Under the pieces are notes generated by a model. The model did not search any database and had not been told where the DNA came from. It saw only the letters and a list, made by a program, of their open reading frames with translations. A program made the translations under genes and the position numbers. A stretch of 63,887 nt of DNA, counting the filler, from Octopus bimaculoides (Eukaryota), in assembly GCF_001194135.2 (NCBI RefSeq). It is 7 parts of 7 records of this genome, joined end to end, with 100 filler letters (N's around TTAATTAATTAA, not from the genome) between each part and the next. Parts side by side here need not be neighbours in the genome. Positions count along the whole stretch, not along the records: positions 50,698 to 55,942 come from NC_069009.1; positions 56,043 to 61,606 come from NC_068996.1; positions 61,707 to 63,887 come from NC_069007.1; 4 more parts are not named here. One strand, written 5' to 3'. Below, piece by piece: positions 53,677 to 63,887 of the stretch. Each line of letters begins with the position of its first letter. The stretch's first letter is position 1.

Positions 53677-53680
<4 letters not shown>
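53381..53680. repeat. Near-perfect 300-bp palindrome
   Basis: ~150-bp arms, ~3 mismatches, ~3-nt loop at about 53530; single-arm relative at 14110-14250. Confidence 0.88.
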
Positions 53681-53708
<28 letters not shown>

Positions 53709-54084
53709 GGTATATATATATATATATATATGATGGGCTTCTCTCAGTTTTCATCTACCAAATCCCCTCACAAGGCTTTCGTTGGCCTGAGGTTATAGTA
53801 GAAGACACTTGACCAAGGTGCCACGCAGTGGGACCGAACCTGGAACCATGTGGTCGGGAAGCAAGCTACATACCACACAGCCACTCCTGCGTTATTGATA
53901 TTACTTAAAAGCAAGGTGCTTCTTTTCCTTTCACGAAAGTGCATGGAGCTTTGGGAAGGAGGAATTTGATGTCATCAGATGGTATCCCACAATCCTTGCA
54001 ATTTTTAATCCTGCACCATAGCACTCTCCTGCCGGTCAGTCAACAAAGGTGCCCGAATCACTGCTCATCATTTCCTCCCATTGT

Positions 54085-54492
54085 AATATTCAGTGTGGAG
54101 GCGCAATGGCCCAGTGGTTAGGGCAGCAGACTTGCGGTCATAGGATCTCGGTTTCGATTCCCAGACCGGGCGTTGTGAGTGTTTATTGAGTGAAAACACC
54201 TAAAGCTCCACGAGGTTCTGGCAGGGCATGGTGGCGAACCCTGCTGTACTCTTTCTCCAAAAACTTTCTTTTACTCTTCCTTCCTGTTTCTGTTGTGCCT
54301 GTAATTCAAAGGGCCCAGCCTTGTCACACACTGTGTCACGCTGAATATCCCCGAGAACTACGTTAAGGTTACACGTGTCTGTAGAGGGCTCAGCCACTTG
54401 CACGTTAATTTCACGAGCAGGCTGTTCCATTGATCGGATCAACCGGAACCCTCGACGTCATAAGCGACGGAGTGCCAACAACAACAACAACA
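54085..54492 (+). mobile_element. Full-length tRNA-derived SINE (fourth family) with (AAC)n tail
   Basis: GGAGGCGCAATGGCCCAGTGGTTAGGG A box, GGTTTCGATTCCC B box, tail GGAGTGCC(AAC)n. Confidence 0.7.
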
Positions 54493-54697
54493 AAATATTC
54501 AGTAAGGTCTTGAGAAGACCCTCACTGCAAAGCGAAAACAAATAGAGAACCACGTTTCGTTAATTTGAAATGGTTTGATGCCAGCAGACAGAAACATGAT
54601 CCATGTTCCAAAAGCTGATGGTATAAACCAACTCAAGGTTGCCAGTCAACATCTTAACATGTCTCTTACAGTCGAAAATCTAAGTAAAGATACTAAC

Positions 54698-54925
54698 AAT
54701 CAAAATAATCAACACGGATTTTAAAGATGATTGCAGTACGCACGTTTCATGCTACTCCATTTATTTAAGTAATGCGAGCATTACATTAAATGCAATATTT
54801 CTGTGCAGCTGAAGATTGCTCTACATATTGCATTTAATGTAATGCTTGCATTACTTAAATAAATGGAGTAGCATGAAACGTGTGTACTGCAGTCATCTTT
54901 AAAATCCGTGTTGCTTATTTTGATT
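54698..54925. mobile_element. Hairpin MITE (~105-bp arms)
   Basis: AATCAAAATAATCAACACGGATTTTAAAGATG...TGCAATAT / ATATTGCA...CATCTTTAAAATCCGTGTTGCTTATTTTGATT; related sequence at 56330-56420. Confidence 0.8.
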
Positions 54926-55263
54926 TTTTGATCACCTCGCTTTTGGAATGGTTTTTGGATAATACCATATTCTGATGCCTAAACATAAGTACCATATTCA
55001 ATTTTGAATCTAAATCTAAATCTTTTAAAGATACTAACATGTGAATCTATCACCAGTTGTATATAACACGAGAGCCCACGTTACATATAGGGGCTATGAA
55101 GCATGACGTGTAACTAAAAATCAGGCTCACACAGATGAGGCACTGTGCCACATTATATGAATAATTCAACAACTGTTATGCAATAATCACAGAAATTTCC
55201 CAAAATGCTTGTAGATTCTATAAAGTGTTTCATAACAGAGCTGCTTACTGTATGTATTATTTC

Positions 55264-55308
<45 letters not shown>

Positions 55309-55905
55309 GGGTGTATATCTCTACCCTCTCTCCCTCTCTATATATATATGTGTGTATCTCTACCCCCTCTCCCTCTCTCTATACACACACACATACATAC
55401 ACATATATATATATACATATATATATATATATTGATATATATTTACAGATGTACAATATATACATATACAGACACAACCAGACACATACATATACACGCA
55501 AGCACATACACATCCTGAAACACACTTAGAAATATATATAGCATATATACATGTATATATACATATATAAATAAACACATATGTATATTTGTATGAATGT
55601 ATGTATGTATATATAAATGTTATATTGTCTGTGTGTAAACATAAGTGTAGACACATTTAGCGGCAGGTGAATTTTTTTGACTCATTTACGTCACTGCTAA
55701 AATGTAAATGTGTGGGTACATGTATGACTATATGTTATGCATCTATGTATATGTGTGTGTGTGTGTGTGTGCGTGTGTGTTTATGTGTGTGTGTGCATGT
55801 GTGTTTGTATCTATATATGTACATAAATATAAATATATACATGTGTTTATATATACATATAAGTATCAGACATAAATACGCATATGCAAACATACATATG
55901 AATTC

Positions 55906-55942
<37 letters not shown>

Positions 55943-56049
55943 NNNNNNNNNNNNNNNNNNNNNNNNNNNNNNNNNNNNNNNNNNNNTTAATTAATTAANN
56001 NNNNNNNNNNNNNNNNNNNNNNNNNNNNNNNNNNNNNNNNNNCAATTAT

Positions 56050-56300
56050 TCGGTGACGAACTTCCAAGATTATTTCATAAAATTTCATGCTGTTTTCATT
56101 CGTTCGCGAGGTCAACAGCCACCCTGAACGAGGTTCAGGAAGTGACCATTCCTAAAACGTGAAAACGACTCGTAAGCTTCTGTTTTGCTCATGGTAGCGT
56201 CCTTGCAAGCTGTCTGAGGCATGACAACTGTTTCGGCCGCCGTTTTCCGAGCAGAAAACAAAATTTCATGGAAGTTTCAAAATCAGGTGATTAAAATCAA
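56050..56300 (-). mobile_element. Mariner N-terminal (HTH) fragment
   Basis: MSKTEAYESFSRFRNG resembles the mariner HTH segment. Confidence 0.45.
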
Positions 56301-56525
56301 AATGAGCAACAAGGATATCCAGAGATAATGCAGTTCGATCGTTTCATGCGACTCCATTTATTTAAGCAATGTGAACATTACATCAAATGTAAAATGCAGA
56401 GTAATCCTCAGCTGCACAAGGATATAGAAATTTACTGAAATTACACTTCAACAGAAGGACATATTTTTATTACTACATTAAAACTCTCCAAGTAGAAAGG
56501 AAGAATACAAAAAACCATTTTGACT

Positions 56526-56594
56526 TAGCCAGACCTTACTGGCTAGCCAGATATTACTGGCTAGCCAGACCTTACAGGCTAGCCAGACCTTACA
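56526..56594. repeat. 18-bp minisatellite, 4 copies
   Basis: TAGCCAGACCTTACTGGC repeated at 18-nt spacing. Confidence 0.85.
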
Positions 56595-57337
56595 AGCTTT
56601 CCCCATTCACTACGATAGCAGCGCGCTTTCGATCAGCACGCTTAAATTCTTAAATTCCGAGAGACATTCTGAATGTTGGCTGGACCTTAAAAACTCCAGA
56701 CATACAGGTCCTGAGGAAAGCTGATATGTTGAGTATTGAGGCGGTGTTGGTACGTACAACATACATATATGTATTCATACATGCATACATACATACATAC
56801 ATACATGCATACATATACACATACGTACATACATCCGCACGCAATACTGTGTTAGCATACAACAAAAGTAGCTACAGACATTGCTCTCAGGTAATTATTG
56901 TGGTTACCAGTTTTTGCTATTCAAAAGTTACTGGGTTGGTAGTGGTGGTGGTGATGGTGGCGTTGGTGACGGAGGCAGCGGCGATGGTGGTGGCGGCGGC
57001 GGTGGTAGTGTCAGAGATAGTGTTCGTGTTGATGTTGAGAGGTACTGTCGGCAATGGCGGCAATTATATTATTCCTGTAATTGTTTTCGACCCTGATTGA
57101 CCTAACGTCAAAGACATTTTGTGCAACATTTAAAATACACAACGGTACGGCATTATCTCATCTCATTGTCCTTTTTTTTTGTCTTTCAGATGGTATTGCT
57201 TGGTTATACTATTGTTAATTGTTGGTAGTTGTGTTCATCAAGGTATTTCTGTTTTGGTAATACAGGAGGTTGTATTACTTTCAATGTTGATTGAAGTTGT
57301 GATGGTGTTCAAATTGGTGGCGGTAGTGAAGGTTGAT

Positions 57338-57431
<94 letters not shown>

Positions 57432-57591
57432 AGACAGACAGTGAGAAAGAGAGAGAGATAAAGAGAGAAAGAGAGAGAGAGAGAAAGAGAGGGTCAGATA
57501 GACAGATAGTGAGAAAGAGAGAGAGACAGATAGGCAGACGTACAGCTACCTACACACACACATACATACATACATACATATATATATATAC

Positions 57592-57624
<33 letters not shown>

Positions 57625-57645
57625 CATATATATATACATATATAT

Positions 57646-57695
<50 letters not shown>

Positions 57696-58026
57696 NNNNN
57701 NNNNNNNNNNNNNNNNNNNNNNNNNNNNNNNNNNNNNNNNNNNNNNNNNNNNNNNNNNNNNNNNNNNNNNNNNNNNNNNNNNNNNNNNNNNNNNNNNNNN
57801 NNNNNNNNNNNNNNNNNNNNNNNNNNNNNNNNNNNNNNNNNNNNNNNNNNNNNNNNNNNNNNNNNNNNNNNNNNNNNNNNNNNNNNNNNNNNNNNNNNNN
57901 NNNNNNNNNNNNNNNNNNNNNNNNNNNNNNNNNNNNNNNNNNNNNNNNNNNNNNNNNNNNNNNNNNNNNNNNNNNNNNNNNNNNNNNNNNNNNNNNNNNN
58001 NNNNNNNNNNNNNNNNNNNNNNNNNN

Positions 58027-58062
<36 letters not shown>

Positions 58063-58149
58063 GCGTATTTGCATATTATATACCTCTTTTTGTGTCTGGT
58101 TTGCAAGATTCTGTATGTGAATTCGTGTGCTGAAACAAATTTTGTTGCG

Positions 58150-58380
58150 TCTGGGGAGAGTAATACTTTCTTAATGCCACTTTATCTAAGACACTCACCG
58201 GTTCGATTTCCAGTCATTTAAATATCTATATTTTTTCTTCCAAAATTTTGAAACTTTATCAATGGTTGCAAAAGCAACGAAAATTTTGGAAGAAAAGATA
58301 TTTAAATAATAAATGAGTGGAAATTTAACGGGTGTATATGTTAGATAATAATGCATTAAATCAATATGTCTCTCCCCAGA
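58150..58380. mobile_element. Compact, diverged palindromic MITE of the 1195/2977 family
   Basis: TCTGGGGAGAG ... CTCTCCCCAGA termini; ACACTCACCGG, GGTTGCAAAAGCAACGAAAATTTT shared with 2860-2880. Confidence 0.7.
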
Positions 58381-59009
58381 CATTATATATATACACCTTG
58401 TCTGAAGATCCCGTCTCACTGCTTGTTTGTTGCGGTAGGCAGGTTTTGTTTGTATTGAGCTACTAACTGCTTATTACAGGCAGTTATTCTCTCAATATAG
58501 CGTTTGCAACGTTTATATATTCAGAAAAGTACAATCTTGTTGCAAGACAACAACTGCGCTCCACCAATGACTCCTACACAACTCCGAACTAATCTCCAGC
58601 ATGAACATTACCAGGATATTAAAATATAATTGTAACACCCGCAGTAAACTTGTATTATCCAAGTTTTATATCACAAGGTAACGTTCAGTTACATTGGTGC
58701 AATAACATAAGCTGGTCCCTCGTCTCCATATTATCATCACTCGCTATCAATCAATTCGCTCAATCAATGACAATTGTACCGTATTCTACTCCGTATCTTT
58801 TCGATTTTACTTGTTTCTAATCATTAGACTGCGACCGTAATGGCGTACCATCGTACCATTTTGAAGGGCTTTGGCCGAACGAATCGACCCCAGTGATTAT
58901 ATTTTGTAAAGCATGCTTATTATTGTATCAGTCTCTTTTGTAGAACCGCTAATTTACGATAACGTAGGCATAGCAACACCAGTTTTAAAGCGGTGGTGAG
59001 GTCCAAAAA

Positions 59010-59078
<69 letters not shown>

Positions 59079-59519
59079 CACACATCATTACATTGTTCTG
59101 AAAGTTCACTTCTAACTGATGATAGATTACGTGAAATTCGGGATAACTGTTGAGAGGTTTTTTAGCTACAATAAGACACTAAATTTTGTTCTAGCTTTCG
59201 AAATCAGGTACTGTTCCTATTCCTTGCTTTGCATATACACGTATATGTATTAACCCTTCTTTAAGTTAGACCATTATTTACAGGAGGAAGAAATAACAGC
59301 TAGAAAGAAGTTGGTTCCATCCCTTTTAAATTCCACTGGTTGATTTTAGAAAGAGTAAACCCATATAGGCATTGGTCCTACTAACATTCTATGAGATATC
59401 TATTATGTTTAAGTGGGAAGTATTTTGTCCTGTTTCAGGACAAATTCGTTTTTAACCGAAACAGTTATTAATGTACTGCTGTAAACATTCTTTGAAAGTT
59501 TTGATTTTGAGGACCCCTT

Positions 59520-60893
59520 CTACTCATCCAAGCAGGGACGTGGCCTAACTGCAGGCAGTCATCCAGTTCCAGTTGCACAGCGATCCTTTCATGCAACTGG
59601 TAAGTTTTTCAGTCAATAACCTTGTACTCCATCTAGGTCAGGTCCTTCTTTTTCAACTTCTGTCTCACTGTATATAGATCAATTCTGTCTTGGTAGAGTT
59701 ACAAGTTGTCATTCCACCTTTGTTAGACACTCAGTGTTTATTTTTTATGTCTTGCCGGCCTGTTCTACAGCCTTCCCCAAAATTCCTTGCATTCTTCAGC
59801 ACCTGGTGTTGGCCGCCCTCTATTTCCTCAAATAGGCGCCTTCTATTTAATTGTAACAGCCTGTTCTGTTCGAAACCTTTGCATCTAGTATCATAACTTT
59901 TCCATTTGGCCTTTAATACTGTCACCTTTTGTGTCAATTCTTCAGGTACCCTTTGATTTCCTTTCTTCTAATCTGTACTATCCATTCAATTTTTTGATTA
60001 CTACCTTATTCTTGAGCTCTCCTTTTACTATCCTATTCAATTGCCTCAGTTCTCTCCGTGTATCCTCCAGCTCCATTCGTGTTTTCTTTCTACAGTTTGG
60101 TTCATTCTTTTCATTTGCTTTCATATCTTTAGTTTTTCGCTTGCAGCCTACTATGTTAGCTACGGCATTAGCAACATCTATGATTAGCTGGTCTGTTTCA
60201 CTGATGTTTTCTGCTTTAATCAAACTTAAAACGTCCTTTACTTTGCCTGTGGCTTCCCTCTCTTGTTTTCTGTCCATACGTCTTACATTTGGTGGTACTT
60301 CATTGCTCCGTTCAGATATTTTACCTCGCAACATTTCTAAAATTTTCTCTTCATCATTCAAGTTTTGTGCAGTACTTACTGTCACTTGTTCATCTAGATC
60401 GTTTTCGTTAGTTATTTTATCAGTATTCTCTGCTGCTCTGCGATTTCTATCTCTTTCATGTTCTTCGTTTCTTATCCCTTCATTACCGTTTTCTGTTATT
60501 TCTGTTTCACTCTCCTTCTTCTCTTTCTTCAGTCTCTACTCTCGTAATCCAGTCCTTCCTACGGATTGCTCTTGCTTGGTCTATCAGTCGCTGGGTGGAA
60601 ACTTCAAAACCTTCTTTTTCATCCCATATTCTCTTCATTCGATTCATGAAACCTCTTTTATTTGGCTCACCTCTCAGCCAGCATTCTATTTCTATTTCGT
60701 TTACGTCTTTTTCCCATTTCATTCCTTTTTTTTGTTTTGCACTTTTGACTGCTATTTTGATCCTGATCAATAGCTTGATGACGACCTGCCGGAGCTTGAT
60801 CAGATACTTCATGCCTGCCGGAGCTTGATCAGATACTTCATGCCTGCCGTGAGCGACACCTTCACTGTTAACAGTTCCAAATCCCTTTAGCAA
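59520..60893 (-). mobile_element. R4/Dong-clade LINE N-terminal region to RT start, degenerate
   Basis: RGFMNRMKRIW..K....STQRLIDQARAIRRKDW; NRRRLFEEI; GPDLDGVQGY..K. Confidence 0.75.
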
Positions 60894-61733
60894 GGTTATT
60901 GTTATTATTTAATCTTGATATTGCTCATTTAGAGGTGGCATTTGTAAGGTTGTGTAATCACCAGTATTCTTATCGTGACGTCATCACTAGATGGGTTGCT
61001 AGCGAAGGCTCCGAGAGTCCGCACTTGCCCTCGTGTACACTGCTTTTAGTGCACACGAGGACAAGTGCTCACTCCATTGTTTTATATCTTTGTATTTGAC
61101 ATTGGAGTGCTAATGTTCATCCTCTTCGGGAGAGATATTCGGTGGAGTGAGGGTGGGGCTATTAGATGGGTTTGAGGCTTGCTCTGTTATGTTAGAAGCG
61201 AGGATGTTAGTGGGGGTTATTAGGTATTATTATTATTATTATTATTATCATCAGCAGCACACACCATCAAAGTGAGTTTGGGGTACAAATATACGAAGCC
61301 CATTATACCCATCATGACTACCCGTCTGATAAGGGTACACCAGGCACATGCATCACAACCATATGTGCACGACATGGTGATCTCATATCAAGATAAACAG
61401 CGCATGACCTTGCAGGTGGTGCCCAGTTAGAATTTTCTTCAGGTTGAGTAGCCCATCCTGCTCAAACGGTCCCTGAATAAGGGTTGTTTAAGGAAGATGA
61501 GCGAGACACCCATGTTTCCAGAGACGAATTATCCAAATCCCAAAGAATTCCTCTCAACACTACTTCTGCTCGTGATCAGAGATGCACATATCGTCAGCCA
61601 CCAAGGNNNNNNNNNNNNNNNNNNNNNNNNNNNNNNNNNNNNNNNNNNNNTTAATTAATTAANNNNNNNNNNNNNNNNNNNNNNNNNNNNNNNNNNNNNN
61701 NNNNNNCTAATTGACGATTCCCTGCCCTGCATA

Positions 61734-61771
<38 letters not shown>

Positions 61772-63129
61772 TTTGTGTATATGTTTGTGTCTGTGTTTTA
61801 GTCATTTGACTGCGGCCATGCTGGAGCACTGCCTTTAGTCGAGCAAATCAATCCCAGAGCTTATTGTTTTGTAAGCCTAGTACTTATTCTATCAGTCCCT
61901 TTTGCCAAACCACTAAGTTACGGGGACATAAACACACCAGCATCGGTTGTCAAGCGATGTTGGGGAGGACAAACACAGACACACATACATATATATATAT
62001 GACGGGCTTCTTTCAAATCCACTCACAGGGCTTTGGTCGACCCAAAACTATAATAGGAGACACTTGCCCAAGGTGCCACGCAGTGAGACTGAACCTGGGA
62101 CCATGTGGTTGGTAAGCAAGCTAGTTACAACACAGCCACTCCTGCGCCTATCTTAACTTCCATCTAACAGAAGCAATATCCTCCCTCCCCTGGTTTGTTG
62201 ATTTACTTGCAAGCAACATGGTGTCCTCAGTGGTGCTGAGGGCACGAAAAAAGCAGCCAGTACACTCATACTTAATTGTACTTGGAATGCAAAAAGACAG
62301 CAAAGAAACAAATCAGGAAAAAAAAAAAAAAAAATAACTGAAGGTTCTAGAACAATCCAAACCAAAGATAATTTACAGCTATTAAAGATAAGGATCAGGT
62401 GTCAGACAAATGTGGAGGGTTTTCGATCCCACGGTGGGTTGAAAATATTTCGAGTTTCTACAATAATCAAAACTAAGGGAGGTAACTCAGTCTTTTCCAA
62501 GCTGACAGGTGGAGACGCTTTCGTGGTTGGTCAATTTGCTGCCATCTCAAAAGCGAGAAGACACGACAATTAAAGGATGTAGTGTCTAGGATGGATCTCT
62601 CATGGCTAGAAAACTTTTTTGATAAGTCATCTTTGATAAGGGTTTACTTGGTGCTAAAATAACTTCAACCCCCTTCAGCCTTCTTGAAATTCATCTGGGG
62701 TGGGTCGAGCTTGCTCCAGCCAACAGGTTCCCACGTCTCTCACTAATGCTGACCACATCCAATGGTCAGTTGCAGTCAAGGTTGTAATGGGCATTCACTC
62801 AAACAGCATGGGTGCCATAGCAGTAGTCATTGCCTGAGGAGGTGTAGGGTACATGTTCGACGTTTCAGTGGGGATACAAGTTCACAAGTGCTCCCTGGTC
62901 ACATGCATACGCACTTTGGGATAACGTGATCTGTAGCAGCTCCTTTTGTTGTAGATTGTCGAGTACCATTGCTGAACAAGTCACTGCCAATTATCAGAGG
63001 AGACGTAGCCTGGGTCTGAAGTATGGGTTGATCTGGTGCTAAAATAACTTCAACCACCTTCAGCCTTCTTGAAGAAATTAAGACGACTATTGGTCAAACT
63101 CCGCAAAAGACCATGGTAAGTCATTGTAA

Positions 63130-63520
63130 ATATCATCAACATTTAACGTCCATTTTCCATGCTGGCATAGGTTGGACGGCTTGACAGGAACTAGCAAGGC
63201 TAAGGGCTGCACCACGTTCCGTAGTCTGTTTTGGCCTGGTTTCTACAGCTTGATGCCCTTCCTAATGCCAACAACTTTACAGGGCATACTGGGTACTTTA
63301 TACATGGTACCATCACCAGCACTTTTTTATATGGCATCAGTACCCACACCAATACTTTTTATGTGGCACCTTTATTTAAGGTGAGTGGGTCTTCTTGAGT
63401 TCAGCAATGTGCCACATATCTGGCCTCTGTCATCTTTGTAAGGCTCAGCGCTTTGAGATCAGCCTCCAATATTTTGGACCATGACTTTCTCGATGTCCCT
63501 CTTCCACGACTTCCAAAGTG
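63130..63520 (-). mobile_element. RTE LINE 3' end, older copy
   Basis: Minus-strand GRGTSRKSWSKILEADLKALSLTKMT plus the RTE-type 3' UTR (GGCATTAGGAAGGGCATC). Confidence 0.65.
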
Positions 63521-63887
63521 GAGGGAATTTACAGGAAATATATCAATAAAAATTGTCAAACTTTAATGACAGTGGCAGAGGAGTAAATAGAATGCCTTGT
63601 GTTGTTTGCTACAACCCTCCAGGTCCTTAGAAAGAAAAGAAAGAGCATCTTCTTTAATATAATCCTATGTACACTATGCTTGAAAAAATGGTTTCAGGGC
63701 CACTACCTGACAATAATAAATTATTATTGTAGGCTTGCAAGTGTGGAAAGAAGTTTAATTCCCAACCACATGGTTTTGGGTTCAATCTTATATTATGGTA
63801 CCTTGAACAAAAGTTTTTTACTATAGTTTTGTGAGTGGATTTGGTAGATGGGAATGAGAAGCTTGTTGTATGTATGTGAGTGTATAT

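Noticed and set aside
59931-60773. 280-aa + strand ORF
   Set aside because: Antisense shadow of the purine-rich R4/Dong ORF on the minus strand

Overview
Eukaryotic, AT-rich and very repeat-dense genomic scaffold with many N gaps. The SINE, RTE, mariner and MITE repertoire and the (TA)n/(CA)n/(ATT)n microsatellites look like an octopus (coleoid cephalopod) genome; this is recognition from memory, not a database result. Six 100-nt N44-TTAATTAATTAA-N44 spacers split the window into seven blocks whose true adjacency is unproven. Two host genes are partly visible on the + strand. One is lysyl-tRNA synthetase KARS1 (three exons, 14469-18491; one internal exon and all flanking exons are not visible). 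The other is a spliced four-EF-hand Ca2+-binding protein (exons 25734-25880 and 26350-26589, candidate first coding exon 21136-21163). The rest is mostly transposon debris: Tc1/mariner, Helitron, Penelope-like, R4/Dong and RTE LINEs, Gypsy, Merlin, hAT, piggyBac- and Tigger-type MITEs, and at least four tRNA-derived SINE families. The most unusual items are an uninterrupted in-frame Merlin-transposase/Gypsy-RNase H fusion ORF, a three-layer Penelope>hAT>mariner nest, a Penelope fragment enclosed by MITE arms, and the atypical EF-hand gene. Nearly all long ORFs in the supplied track are microsatellite or N-gap artefacts. I found no convincing evidence of a wholly new multi-gene system.
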